Assembly (NCBI GenBank): GCA_046563655.1
Contig: CM102285.1
Location: 8,370,001 to 8,434,000 of the forward strand
Direction of reading: 5' to 3'
Length of the DNA stretch: 64,000 bases
Source: Yuukianura sp. NJ FZ-2021
Taxonomy: Eukaryota
Each line of letters starts with the position of its first letter. Position 1 is the stretch's first letter. Under the pieces are notes generated by a model. That model did not search any database, was not told the DNA's origin, and saw only the letters and a list, made by a program, of their open reading frames with translations. This document shows positions 1 through 14,900 of the stretch, in pieces. The position numbers and the translations under genes were made by a program.

Positions 1-89
1 CGTATTATAGACGCGAAAATACGGTAATTTTACCAGCGATTGTCACTGATGCTGACACGTTTTCTTTCTGACGAGTTGATTTATTTCAG

Positions 90-1039
90 AATACATGAAT
101 TCGACAACACTCAATTTAGTAGCACACCAGATATGGCGTGGAGCGTTTGTGTTGTCGGACTTTATTCTGGCGCATGCGCAGGAATATTTTCAAGAAAAGA
201 ATGTACTGGAATTAGGCAGCGGTACTGGATTCTCTGGCATGGTGGCTTCACTGGTCGCTTCAAAAGTTACTCTCACTGGTCAGTTGCGCTATTCAAAAAA
301 ATCTCATTACTCGATCCTCATTGAAAAATTTTACTTGCAGATCTTGACGATCCGGACATCTTGGGACTGATTGAGGCTAACTTACAACATAACAAATCGT
401 TGATTCGATCAGAAGTAATTCTAAAGCCATTGGATTTTTTAAACCTGTCATGGTCACCAGAACTGGAAGAGACAGTGGCCAATGCAGACTTGATCATTGC
501 AGCGGATGGTATAGGATGAAACAGTTCTTGTAATTTTTTTTTTGTGCATCAAGTTGTAATTACTCAGCTCTTAAAATTTTGCAGTTGTCTATCATGATAA
601 AATTACGGATGGATTCGTCCGAACCCTGCAAAAGTGTTTCAACACTGGAAAACCCAAGACTGCGTTCATTGCTTTAGAAAAGAGGTCGGCAGTATTTCAT
701 GTTTTGATCGTTATTTTTGAATTTAATTTTTTCGAGTCACAAAGTGTCTACAATGTATCAAATGTTGTCCTTGTTTCCAGATATGTGTTTACCCTGTCGG
801 ATTTAGACGTGGTAGCACCCGCTTATGACTATTTCATAAAGCAAATGGAAGTTGTGTTCGGGATTAGCCTTGAAGATGCCAGAGTAGAAGAAAATGAAGC
901 TGGAGGAGGTCAAAGGTCAATCACAGAATCCGGAGGGAAGAAGTTTCATTGGGAAACAATTGACTTAACTCAATATCCGATTTACTTTAACTACGAACCA
1001 AGTAAGGATCTCGTTCTCTGGAAAATAGAATCTGAATGA
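90..1039 (+). CDS. METTL22: Methyltransferase-like protein 22 (seven-beta-strand lysine methyltransferase), 5'-partial; exons 90-278, 341-508, 585-684, 781-1039
   Basis: GT-AG introns keep the frame. Spliced protein has QIWRGAFVLSDFI, motif I VLELGSGTG, IIAADVVY and ALEKRYVFTL...APAYDYF...LVLWKI, matching METTL22 family motifs from memory. Confidence 0.88.
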
Positions 1040-2968
1040 CTATACTGACTCAAATAACTATCAAAAATTGAATCATATGTCAGTTTCTTTGTATACATAA
1101 GTTATAAAAGTATATTAACATAGTTAACTTTTTTTTCGCATACTCTGTTGAAATTTCACTTAACGAAGAAAAATAAAATTATCCACTTAGCTTTGTGGGC
1201 TAACAACTTCAATTTCTAGTTTTGCCGATTGTTTTCGTTCAATTTCCAATGAGTATTCCTACAGCATCGGAAACCTTGCTTATTTTTAAAACTGAAGAAA
1301 ACGACTCCAACTAGGTGTTACTTTAGATAAAATGATTGTGTTGAGCGAATTTGATTTTATTAGTTCAAATTCGTTCTACCAAACTTCGTACTTATGAATT
1401 TGACGTAATTGCAAACATCAATCGGTCTATTTCGCTACCCCTAATATTTATAATCTCTCACAACCGAACGAGGGTAAGCTGGACATTATGTTTTCACCAA
1501 CGCTAATGTTACTAATATCTAGTTAATAAGTTATTTACTTTTAACCGCACGAATTCTATTAGTAAACAGACTTTTTCAATTTATAAAATTGCAAAATTCC
1601 CTCTCGGTAAAAACGATTAACGATCAGTACACTAGTAATCAATTTACCAATACCCTCCCAATAACACGTAAATAAATTATAGAAAAATGCGTTTGGTCCA
1701 AGCATTGAACTTTTTCTAAATCCAAAGATTCATAAAGTTTTGCCTACCCTTGATTGCACCAATTACTTAGGAAAATTTCGCTGGCTAGCTGACATAAAAC
1801 TTAACAAATCCGACTTGGAAACAACAAAGCCATTTTGTACAAACCGGAGTTAGCTAACTAACTCATTAATAATTAAACTGCTAATGTTATTGCAACAGAA
1901 TAAGCAGAAACAGTTATCCGAATCAAACTTAATATTGCTATCAACGGTTAAAACTCGTATTCGAATAATTTCGCTATTTGGTTATTGTCTTCCACCTCTT
2001 CTAGTTTTTTTTACCAATTCTAATATTTTAATTAATTCATAATAACAATTAGCCTTAGACTAAAGTTTCTCCTTAGCTGGACTTAATTTTTAGTTTATGA
2101 AATGTACAAAATTGAGTGAATCCTGAGCGTTCGTTATAAAATTGCAAAATTTAAGTTCCAATTCAAAAATCTTTTGACTACGACACGACTGTGGATGTGT
2201 AAATTTTAGTTACGTTGGATCAAAAACGGTTTGTGATGCGGTTGATTCTCGTATTTAATAATTGGATTAATTACTAAAAGCTTTCATAGTTTTTACGTTT
2301 TGTCAACATCTTTCAAGAACTTTTAGCTTTGGCTTTCGCCATTTGTTGGTTTTTGGTTTGATCAGTGAAAGCTGGACAAGTAGCTCAATCAACGGAAAGT
2401 GGTTTCAGACGCTGGGTTTTCCTTTGGCTTTTTGTCCATGCTTCATAAAACACAAAGGGAATAGGACGAGGAACTTTTTGTGGACGCTACTGGACAGCCA
2501 CGCTGTTATTAAACTGAAATCGTTTTCCATCAATCCTACCGAACCAGAAAGAGAAAACGAAAAAAGAAGGATTCGGGAAGAGAAAGTTTCTATCTTGGAT
2601 TATGGTCCTACAATAAATTTTTGTTCTTCTTCTACGGGCTCAAATGACCGAATCCATCCATCGTCATCGTCGTAACTTTCGGCTTGATTGAATCAATCCC
2701 TTTGACTTTGGATCTTCTTTCTTGGCTCTGTCTTCTTAAAGCCACCTAGAAAGTTAGATCCACCGTTCTGAAAGGAACCGCGGCGGTGGTGGTCGTGGCA
2801 GTGCTTTGTGCGGTGAAAGTTGAGATTAATTAGCCAGGAAATCGAGATTCTTTTCTTCCACTTTCTTCCTCTCCCTGCCTTCATTTTTCTTTGGAACTCT
2901 GTGGTGACAAAACGTCTTCAGACTCTGAGCTTGAAAGGATTTCCAGGATTCGATCCACCTAGAGGAGT

Positions 2969-5900
2969 TTAGCCAATGTACAGGATATTAATCTTGTGTC
3001 CAGAAAAGAAGACAGAATGTGTCATGTCAACGGTCTTTTTTACCTCAGTCGTTGGCAGTCCCTTCGGAACTGAAATCCAAGTAGTTGGAGCTCCGTTGTC
3101 AGTTACCAAAGTCTGCTCGTCTCTCAAATTGTTACAGTCTCGATCCAGAGTTGTCATGAGACTGTCACCCTTAAGGGCCCTGTCACCCGAATTCGAACTC
3201 CCGACACCACACGCCTCATCTATTCCTCCAACCAGACGCTTGATCAACTCCAAACAGTTTCTACACTCTGTAAAAAGTTCTGATGAAACTGACAAGTTTT
3301 CCAACGAACTTCCAAAATCGGTTTGACTAATTTTGTCATCCATTTTCCCACCGCCGGATCCCTCTTCGTCCGAAGAGGAAAATGGAACAAATTCTATTGG
3401 TTTAGTTTTGGTGGTGGATTTCCCTTTGGAATTGACAGACTTTAATTGTTGGTTGTCATTTACCGATGACGTACTTCCGTACTTGACTAGATGATAGTAG
3501 GCTGGTGTGAATTCAATTGGTGGAGGTGATGGCGGTGGGACTTCAGTGGCTGTCACTTCCGGCGGATTCAGAGCTTCTCCGTTGACATCCGCCTCATTCA
3601 TTGGTGACAACGCCTCACTCGGAATCCCACTTTTCCCATTTAATTGCTTTTGTTTATTCGTCATAGGAGAGACAGTGGATTCCGTTCTATTGTTCTTTTG
3701 AGCCTGTTTCTTTTTAGATTTTGTCCAAGTACTGGAATCAATTTGGCTTGTTCTCCCCGGTGAGCCCAGAATTTCCGACTCCTCTTGTTCGAAATTTTCA
3801 CAAGTCCAAAATTCTGGAAGCCGCAGATCTGGATTAAATTTTTTAGCTGCAACAGTTTTTTGGATTTGGACTCTCTCGACTCCATCCCAGTCCCAAGCCC
3901 ATTCATCTTCCCAATGAACTTGGTTTCGGCCATCCTCGAGTCTCATCCATTTCTCAATTAGCGCCCTTTCTTCAACTTGGACTTCATCTTGGTCTGGAGC
4001 TGTCCAGGGAGTACGTGATCCCTCACCGCGGGTTTTCCTTTGAGATCTCTCCTGTGTCGAGGCATTAGTAACAGTAGATGAATTTGAGAAACTTGTGCTG
4101 GAGGGAAGTCGCGGTGTGGCAGACGACGGCCAAGATGGCGGCAAAAGCGTCGGAGACGAAGAGCCTGGAGAGGTCGTGGACAACTCCAGTGGCAGAAATA
4201 AAATATCGGAGTCATCTGAGTCTTCCCATAAAATAGTAGAAGTGGAGGGTTCCTCCATTGTCATCAGTCTCTCCCCACCGCCACCAAGTCTCCCCTCACC
4301 CCCAGAAGGTTCAATTTCATAGGAAACGGCAGTAGAAATCCCCCGTACGATCCGTACAACGGAAGAAGGCGACGACGTCGTCGTGGCTGTGACTGTGACT
4401 GGGTTCGCACTTTTAGGAAGACTTGTCCAATTCCGCTCCCTTCCCATCTTCATGATTAATTGTTTTGGCAGGGGTCCGCCCCCACTCGAGCCATCGGTTC
4501 CAGAGGGCGGCAAATTATGGTGATGGAAAGTGCTAAACGTATTTGATTTAGGAATTGTGGTCGTAATGTCTTTATCGTTGGTGACAACGGGAACTGCAAC
4601 TAAGGTTTTGGATGACCCCTCTTGTTCAGCCAGTGCTTCACTACTCATGGTCGAGTAACCTTCGTCTTTCCCAAGTGGTTTTCCTAGAGTGACTACTGTT
4701 GAAGCGGCAACAGTTCCGGACGGTGAAGACGTTTGGCCCGAAATCGGAGTGTTATTGCTCCCGCTGGATCCTCCGAATGTCGTCTGATTTTGATGATGAA
4801 TGACAGAACTCACTTTGCTGGGATTGGTTTTGGTGGATTTAGGACTTTGAGAGGGAAAGACAGTTTTTCTGAGAATAGGAAGACGACTTCCAGCGCTGTT
4901 GGCACCGCTACTGCTGCCAGTACTATTACTATGTAAATCATGGCAAGGAGTCTTCGGGGAATCATTTTTATGATTACTCGCCCCATTTCTGCTCCCACTG
5001 CCGCCTCCACTGCTGCCTGAAGGTGAGCAAGCCTTTCCCGGCCCACTTCCCCTCCTTTCTCCGGAAGTTGAAGTCGCTTCGCCTGAAGCGGTGGGCCGTG
5101 GAGATGACATTCTCGGTATTCCAGAAAATGTGGAACTTTTGTTTTGACTTGAGCCAGCCACAGAAGCCGAACCATTTTTGGAATGCGTACTTGTCGTCAA
5201 GGAAGACTTTGATTTTGGAATAGCCTTGGAAGGAGGAGAGCTGAGCCGTGGAAGCGCCGTGTTGAGAACTCTGCTAAATGGTGGAGTGAGGTCAGGGGAC
5301 GACGAGGAGTCACCGCCGCGGTCTTGTTTCTCCTGATCCTGTTGATGTTTTGTTCTATTTAACCTGTAGTTGATTCTAGGAATACGACAATCAATCTTCT
5401 TCTCCTTAAGACTCTGTGGACCATGGACCGTAGAAGTTGGACTCCAACTTTCTTCCATTGTCTTCATCCCCTTGATCTTGATCTGAGGACTTCCAGGAAT
5501 TTCTGAGTCTGATCCCCTTCCAACTTCTGCTCTCGCCTTTCCAATTGTCTCCTGAAGTTTCATCTAAACAAAAGAGAAAGCAAAGTCTTAGAAACAAGAA
5601 CTAACCTAAGCTTTCACCTTCCAACTCCGCTTTTCTCTCAATTCCTGAACTCTCATGGACGGATAATTTTAGACAGGCTAATCTAAACCTAACGCTATGA
5701 TTCATCGTCCATGAGAAAAACGTCTATACGCGTCGGACCAAAAACATCGGTACAAAACTGGCCGTCCATTAGTGTCGGGTTATACTTTCTCTACAGCTAG
5801 GTTGATCCAGCAGTCTGATTTGACAATTGGAAACTTCCCGAAACTAAATTTGAAATTGATTACGGAGGCTGTGAACCGATGTCAAAGGAAGTTGGGAGTT

Positions 5901-8900
5901 AATTTCCAGTGGAAGATGTCCAATTTATTAACAGTGGGAAAATAATGAAGTAGAAAAGTAGTTGAGAGCGGGAGAGGGGAAATTGATTATACTGGGATTC
6001 CAAATTCAAGTCCAGAAAAAGTTCCAGACTTAAGTTTTCCCTTGAAACTTGGAAAGTTTCCCATGCACAGTCTATAATTGCCTTTCTGTCAATCAAGGGA
6101 AAGTAGGGGCCGTTTTCAATATTTCATTTTCCTCAGATTTCCCCCTGCCTCTGCTGCTTTCTCTTCAACTTTTTCCATTTCAAAATATTCTAGAAAAGGA
6201 AAACTAGAAAAGTTTCATGATTTCGATGCTGGGAAACTGCATGAGTTCTATTTAGGGGTTAGACACGCCAAGAAACGACTGTAACTGCGTTGCATATTGC
6301 TGTTCCTTTGAAAGATTCCGGAAATGGAGGCGTTTTTGGAGCATCTCCAAAGGAAAGGAAAGTAGAAAGCGGCGGATTTGATTGACGGCGCAACGGCGTC
6401 CTGCAGTTCTTGGCGCCTTTATTGTTCCGATTCTACTTTCTTCGTATGTTGTGACTTATGACGAAAGAGAAGCGGAAATGAGAAACGCCTTTAAGTCATA
6501 TGATTGAACGTGAATCGAGTACGTCAAGGTCTATGGATTAAGATTAATCGCTTCTAGGAACCATTTTCCTCAGGTCGCTGTCAGCGACACAAGCGCTTTT
6601 CAAAGCGTCTATGAAAACCGAGGGGTGTGTTCAGTGTTTCGATTCAAAAGAAAGTTTCTTGAATTGCACTAACGAGTTCATTGTAATTTTGTCAAACTTT
6701 TCTTAAGCGGACACATTCATTTTTTCGTTTTTGAAATTAATTTCCAAAGTTGTGCTAACTTTTTTTTTGGGTTGGTTTGTCCGCTGTTGTCTCTGTTATC
6801 AGCGCTGCAATGTTACTGTCTGTCATTTGTTTTCAAAGTTTGTACCCCAACGCTGTCACTCTTTTCTAAACTTCAAACAAACAACATCGCTTTGTCATCA
6901 GACCAAGTGACATCACCCCCAAAAAAGTTCAAGTGCCTTGTGATTAACATGCCTTGAAGGGCTCATAGTGTTAATGAAGACAAGGATAAATGTGTGAGCA
7001 GCGTTTTTTGGAATTCAAAAACTAATTTTGCCTTGCCCATTTTTCTTTTTAAGCTTCCCTGGAAGCTCCAAAAAAATCCGGGTAGAGTTACATTTTTTGA
7101 AATGAATCCTAAATATTTTATGGGCTACGAAAAAAGTAACCACCAGCATGCTGTATCTCTTACCAATGTGGGAACAATCATGGTAGCCATTGCTCTGTTG
7201 TGTGTCTCCAGATCAACGACTCTTTCCTGTAACTTTTCCACTTCTGACTTCATGACTTGCTGAAACGTAAGGGCTCGAGAGACTTGTGAGGTCAAGTCTG
7301 TGATCCATGCTTCCGTTTCCTTCTTCTCTTCTTTTTGCCAATTTTGACAATTTTTGGTAAGAGTCTCCAGTGCATCGAGTCTCTCTTGAAGTAAACTCGT
7401 TCGGAGCTTAATGATTTGATTCTCTTCAATTGGATCTGAGTAAGTGGGGTCCACTTCAGTGTGGTTTTGACTCTGGACTAATCGTTGCTTCTCCGATCCC
7501 GGAAACTGAGTCGACTGCTGGTGCTGCTCCTGCGGTTGAGTCGAAAGTACAAGACCAGATGACCCCTTCATTCTTCCGGGATCCTGCAATTTGAACAAAA
7601 AATAAATAAATAATCAGATCCGAGTGGTTTTTGAAAAGTTTAGTAGTTTTAGAGGGGCTTAGATTTTAAAAAGATCTCCTAAAATAAGATAAATGTGTCA
7701 TTAGAAGCTTAATGGAGAAAGAGGGGAAAACTGAAAGTGTTTCAAAAACAAGTTCTGTAGCTAATTTGTTCCAGGCATCTTTACAAGATGTTCTTTGTGC
7801 CTCCAGGACTATTGCGCAGAGCCTGGAGATGATTGATTCATGACAATGGCGACACTGTCGCCTCTAACCAACCCTTCATTACTCCCTTGTCACTGTCATT
7901 GTTACCCGAGCGGTGGATGGTTCAGAAAAAAGTAACTAAATTCTTAAGTCTCCCAGGGCCCAGAGCACTTTTCAAGAAAAAAATTACGAAAAAAGTTTTA
8001 ACAATAGAACGCAATGAAGACCATGAAATGACGCCCAATTCTTCTCCTTTTGAGCTTCGTTAGTCATGGATGTTATTCTCATTTTCGATTACGACGAGCG
8101 ACAGCTTCACAGCTTTTGTAAGAACCGTAGGGCCTGAAAAGCTCTTTTGAAAAAAGTTATCGTTATTTTTGAAAATTAAATTTTGAGATGCAATTCATTC
8201 ATTTAAACCCCATTTGTATCCATACGACGAGCGAGGACGAGTCGGAGCTGCAAACATCCTGTAACCACCCGCCTATTTTCAAATGAATCTTAAGCCTTTC
8301 TTACAAATTTTTTCTTGTTCAAAATCTTATCGGAGAACTAGACTTTAACTTCCTTCCGCTAGGAATAGAATAGAATCATAAAAACAGACTCATCTCTTCC
8401 CCTCAGAAACAGAAAATGAAAAGACTACACCGCATCTGAGTACTTTACTTTGAAAAATACAACTTGAAAGTACAAGTTTCTTCTTTCGCTTTTCTTTCAA
8501 GTTTTCTAAAAACAGACTTCGGAGAGAGATGTTCTTGTAGTGGCAAGAAGGACCCAGCTGCGTTGACACAAACACAAAATCTTGGATGGTTCAAAAAGAG
8601 TTTTTCGAAAAAAGTTTTCGAAAACCCCGAAAAAGAATAACAGAGCCGCACGTTCCCATTTTCCCATCATCTTTCCTTCCAACTAACGCTCCAATTTTCT
8701 GTTGTTATTTAATTCTCAGTATACTGAATTGGATCTTCGTGTAGAACGCAGAACAAGCGTTAAGGAACGAAAGGGTTCTGCCAAGACAAACAGTTCCCAA
8801 AAATCATCAAAGCCTCCACTTCCCACTTACGTCTTTCAAGCCTTTTTCGATGAACCCCCCACTTCCAGAATTGTTTACACAAGATTCAAAGGACTACAGG

Positions 8901-11900
8901 AACCTCCCTCTTCCTCTAACCCTTGTTTCTTTACTTACGATTTAAGAACGCAGACTTTTGTGTCAAGCGACAAAAATTTAAGTGATACACCACGTTCAAA
9001 AAGCTTCGATAAGAAAAACTGAACTTTAGCTCTCAATTATCCCTTGGAAAGCTGCTTCATCCTCAACAAACGAGTACTTCAGCTGCTAAAGTCATTTTGG
9101 TTGCTCATATTTAATTTAAGCCTTTTAAGTTTCTGTTTTGTTTGGAAAAGCTTTGTTTTTAAATTCTTCTGTGTTTTATTGAAAATGGAAACAAATTGAA
9201 AGCGGAACTGGAGGGGTGGTGCGGTTCAGGTTTAATTTTGATAATGGTTTTCAATTATTCTCAAGCGGAACCACCCAGGGAATTCTTGGACGGCTGACAA
9301 ATGACTCCGAAAGCATTTACATTTTAAGCATCTCAGCACGCCTAACCTAACCTAACCAAGCATGCCTATCCCTTTTGTCTGCAAAACTAATGCATAAGGT
9401 TAAGTTGGTAAGTGAAAAGCAACTTTCACCAACAGAACTAAACATGTCAATGTCATCTGCATACTAGTATTAGCACAACCAAAAATACGTATTGCAACTT
9501 CACGCTTTGAAATGTAACTAACCTAACGTAAACCTAAGCTTATTAGCCTACCTAGCATAACAAAAACATTCCAAGTGGTTAAACCTAACAAAACATACCA
9601 AAGGATATTGAAATATTTCCACTTTACAAATTACCCTAACTTTTAGACTTCCGTAAATCGCGTTTTAAAGGTTACTTGCTTAACGTTAAAGTTAGGTTTT
9701 TAGGTTTGAGAGTAGTGAAGATTTAAGTCCTTTCAGCATAATCCATGCACAAAGAAAACCGCAAGTTGACTTTGTAATCCTCGCAAATGCACTTTAATTC
9801 TTCGTTGCCTGTTTTTCTAATTAAATTGAAACATTATTTGCTCAAGGGAAACAACCGGAGAAAGTCAGAGAGAGAAAGAGAGAGGGGAAATTAATGAGAT
9901 GAAAATAAAGTTTAGACGTTTTTTGTCAACCGAAAAACAGACTAAAAGAGAAAGTGGTTTGATACAAAGTTGAGGACTTAAAGGGGTTACTTGGAAGAAG
10001 AGAAAGTGACTTTCACTTTCTGTGGTCTTAAGTTAATTAATAAAAGAGAAACTTTTTGATTTATTTTGAATTTAGTTTTCTCCAAGTCCAAATTGTCTCA
10101 TTTTCACTTTTAGACGAAGCATCCGTAGTTCTTGTGGTGTGGTTAAAGATCTGAAGAAATAGTTGGATGATTTAGAATGAGAGATGAGGGGAGAAAGTAT
10201 TTTGGAGAAGGAAATAAAAAGGAAACAAGAGAGCTGGGGGAGTTGGTGCTAATTTTGTGATTTAATTAACTCATTCATCAGTGGAGAACAACTTTATTCC
10301 AAGTTCAAAGAACTAAAGGAGTCTGCAAAGGATAAACCACAGACTGAGAAAAAGCACAGCAGAAATGAAAAGAGAAAGTGGAAATGCTGATCTTGACATT
10401 TCTTCACCAAAAGTTACAAAATTTCAAAATTTTCATGTGAAGCAGTAAACTCTAAAAACTTTCCCAACTCTTCGGGCTTTTTACTTTTCAACTAAAGAAA
10501 GAATAAAAAAAAACTTGAAACTCAAAATTTACTTTGAAGTTTCAAACGTTACAAACTGCAACAAATGTGCCTTCTTGAAAGATGTTGTAGGTAATGCGGT
10601 AATGCAGGTATGATTAAACGGAGTTGTATTAGGTTAGGTTTGACTAAGCATAACATTAGCATTTGAGATTCAAATTTTGTGAAGAATAAGTGTAAATAAT
10701 TTGAGTACGGAAGGAAAGTGACAAGGTAGACGTTAACAATGGGAGATTGAGAACAAAAGGATATTTGCGTAAAGTGAAATTTCCATTGTAATAACTTTCA
10801 CCATAGAATTTGACGTATTCCAGGATATCAATTTCCCCTCGTCTTCCTCCATATACCTTTTGTTTAAAATGGGATTTGCGTGGAAAGTCTCAATTTCCTC
10901 AAGCGCTTTCCAGCCCTCTTCCTGTCAAGGTTCCATGGATGCTGGAGCGGTTTCTGCTGAGTACCTCAGCATCTGGGTTCTCATGAGTCTCCCCATTACC
11001 TCTTTCCGAAATAACAGACAACATCATCTTCATCTCTCTTGTTTCCCACTCCGAAATTCGGTGGAAAATGTTGCATTCCTTGCTCAAATGTGCTCAATTT
11101 AGTGAGAATTTAGACGAGCAGGGGAGGGAGGGGAGAGAAATGCGGGTGAGTTGTAACCACAGAAATCAAATCAAGAGGACGCTCTCCATTTATCATCCTC
11201 AACAACTTCCAAATTCCGCTGACGAAGCTTCCAAACACACAAAGTTCAGAATAATGCTTTCACAGCCTTTTTGGATTGAACAAAAATAGCATTAAAAAGT
11301 CAAGTTAGAGTTAGTTTTAACACCAATGTAAACTCGACTCCACCAAAATTAGCAAATTTAGCTGGTTTTCGTATACTTTCTGGTGTGAAGTTTGAAAGTT
11401 AAGATTTTCGACCGGCTTCGCATGTAATTTTAGTGAAAAGTTATGCATTCACCTAAGTACAGTAGTACATTCTAGCTGACGGATAGTTACGAAGAAAATA
11501 TTTGTGAGTGAAGGAAACGCGGAAATGATATCTTACAAGTCAGAGACGTAACTTTTTAGGGTTCGTGTAATAAATGGCGAAGTTCTAGTAGTCGAACTTT
11601 ATGTCTTCATTTCCGTGGAGCCAAAAACCAAAGTGGTAGTAAAATAAGGGAAGAACAATGGAGCGGAAGAGGTTATTGGGATTTGGTATTTGTTCAAAGG
11701 GAAAGACAACGGAGAAAGTTTGTTTTTGTTTTGGCGTCAGTTGTTTTCTCCGCGTGTCTCTGTGCGTGTTGGAGCCGAGTCTTAAAACAAGAAAGTGCAG
11801 GATGACTCTGTTTCTACTTAATGTGAAGTGAAGGCATAAGAAGAGTGTTAAAAGATCTTAAGATCTTTCCCTTAAGTCCCAGGCAGCAGCACAAGGATCC

Positions 11901-14900
11901 CCATCATTTCAATGTAACATGGAAATCCAGTTCCCAATCCAGGAACAAAGGGCCCATCCGGCACTCCTTCCAACGACTTCCTCCTTCCAGGCCTCACTCC
12001 CGGGAAACTTTCAAAATCCAAAAAATGCCCTCTCTCCCCTTCAGAGTAGTCCCCCTGGCGCCAAGTTTTGAAGTGTCTAAAGAGCCCATTGTCAGTCGAC
12101 TTTTTCCAGAGAATTCCTTCCAAGAAAAGCAACCATTTCTACTAATGGAGACCAGAAAAGAAGAGAAAGTTGGAGAAAGTCACAGTTTTTAGTCAAAGAA
12201 TACAAAAATCCAAATTGCACACTCTGGAAAAGCCCCCAATAGCCAAATATTTCAATTCAATTTCATTATGGGTTGGGAACAGCGGGACTCTTTCCTTGTG
12301 TCTAGAAAAACGAAGCCAGAAATAACGAGCAAATAGAAAAAGAATATGCTGCTTTCCAGGCTTTTGTTGTTTAAGATTTAAGGGAAGAGGCGGAAAGTTG
12401 TGACAAAAGGAACTTTCACTCGGAGCGGATTTAAACTGGAAAAAGCGGCAACTTTCTCTTTTAACAAAATTGGATCTTTTTGAAACTCTGTTGGAAATCT
12501 TTGAAATTCTTTGAAAAAAGCCGAAGAAACGACATTTTCAGGCAAAGTAATGAGATCCAACTTCATTTTAAGCTGTAGTGCGGGTTGTTTTTTTCATTTT
12601 CCGAATTCAACTTAACATTTATTAGGAAACATTCAGCTTTTGTTGTTTAAAAGCTACAAAAATGTCTTCCAGTTACCGTCTGCTGACGACATTTTCTGCC
12701 TCGCGAGATTTAAGAACTAAACAGAAAAACACGAAATGCAAAGTATTGACAAAAATGTACTAAAGTACTACATGAACCAGGAGTTTCGTAAAATGGTTGT
12801 ACATTTGATCAGATATTGAACAAGTCCACAACAAAACGCAGAGGTCAAAACCTCACTTTCGATTAACATAACTAGCTTTTCCAGCGTATATTTTTTATGA
12901 TGAGGTTACAGAACCAGGAACAAAAGATCCATTAGTTGAAATGCACAACAGACGCTACTGCACGAGCAGGAAACACATAGTGTATTGCATAACTTCAAGT
13001 TGTAGAAAATATATTCAGTAAATTACAACAAGAATTGTCTTGGTTAATTGAAGAGGATAATGTTGCAGTAAACTGGAATATTCAGGAAATAAGTTAGGCT
13101 TATCCTGAAACAAGATACGCTGAAGCATCTTCTGGCACTATTGGACGTACTTTATGTCTGGCTGCTTTCAATTTATGCTTTGTTGATTGTCGTGATGTAA
13201 TATGTGATTTGGGCATAACATGTTGTGGTACTAACAACGTTAGTGCGATGGATATGTCAGGGTAGTGAAACTTCATCTTTCCCTGGGTTGTACTAAAGTA
13301 GGGACTTAAAGTTCAGAGGGAATTGGATAACCTGATTAGTTTCATCTTAAGGGATGTCAGGGTCAGGAGATCGAATTACCCCAATGCTGGACCTGGGACT
13401 GGTTCCAACAAAGTTTTTTCGTAACCAGTAACTAACTTTAGAAAACTCGGGAATGCTGGACAGGACAATGGTTAATGAAAATGGGTAGTGTCGGATTCGT
13501 GTCAATCCGTGACCGTAAAACCGTGTCTTCATTACACACCTTCATTTCCAAACACTGGAAATAAAATCTGTCATCAGCATGAAGCGCATGGACGCATCCA
13601 GGGAAAAAGTTTACGTGACTCTCAAAGTTTTACACACCTGAAAAGAGTCACACGGGGAAAATCATACAGTTTCCCACGTCACACAAAATTCCAATTTCAA
13701 CAAGTAACAATGGAGGGCTCGGATTTCGTAAAACCAACTCTTCCAGAACCAAAATATCACTGTGGTAGAAAAAACCATGAAAACCCAACCCTACATTTTT
13801 CAAGAAAAAAAAACCTAACCAACATAACACGGAAAACTTAAAACAAAATGAAAAAGATGGAAATGATTTGCACAAGTTTGAGCATTTTGAAAAAAAAGTT
13901 AGCGAAAAATCCCATAAAGCTCTCAACCTAGGTCTTAAGTTGGACGTGTAAACCCATTGTACCTGTACATTCACAATATTGAATTTTTAAACAGGTTTTC
14001 CATTATCTTTGGCGGCGACTTTACATGTAAATTGCATTTGTACCGAAAATGAATTCTTTCTGCAAATTCATTTCCAGTTTTAACGCATACCGAAAAATTT
14101 GGTTTGAATTATCATGCAACGGCGATACGCACATGGGATACGCATGATGAAAAGTGCGTGAGAATTGAAAGTAGTTGAGACTTTAATTGGTCACGACTAT
14201 TTTGTTATGTAATTGATGGTTCTTCTGCTTTAAAGTTTCCTTCTCTAATGCATGTTAGCGTTGAAATAAGGCGGACAGTAACCCACTGTCTTGATTCTTC
14301 TTTTTGCTAAGCTCTGCACTTTTGTTTTCAAAACACTCCAAACCAAACACTTTGAACTCCAAAAAGTAAAATTCAAACAGAAACTGAAATGGTCATCCTC
14401 ATCAATGTGGGCGGGTAGTGGGTTATTATCATTTCAAAAGAAATTACTCTTTAACTCGCCAATTCATTTTAACAAGAAACTTTTCAATTTCACTTTAGCT
14501 TTGTTCCCACGATAAAAAGATGAGGTACGTGACATCGTTTCATCGTTGATGCTTATTTTGGAACTTTCTCCCAATTTTTGAAAGAAACTTTGAAGTGTTG
14601 ACGAGTGGAGTCCCCAAAAGTTAATTAGTGAGCACTAAATTTCAAATAAATTGAGTTCATTTTATTAAGTAAGAACTACTTTATGCATACAGCTTGTTTG
14701 TCTGTCTTTCGGCGTGGCCCGGCGACAATGTTTCTGCACAGTGCACTACGATTCTGTATACGGTGCAGTGCGGCTCATCTTTCGCTACTTGCCAACCTTC
14801 CGGTTTTATTCAGTTTTGCTTGTTAGGGTACAGCAAAAGTAAAGATGCGAATCTGAATTCGAATTGAAAAGAAGCTGTGATGCATTCTACTTTGATGTTA

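Noticed and set aside
2976..5223. Several plus-strand and alternate-frame ORFs over the large exon
   Set aside because: Shadow ORFs of the real minus-strand coding exon.
13100..13280. ~58-codon minus-strand ORF (MKFHYPDISIALTLLVP...)
   Set aside because: No homology, promoter or polyA support; too short to call.
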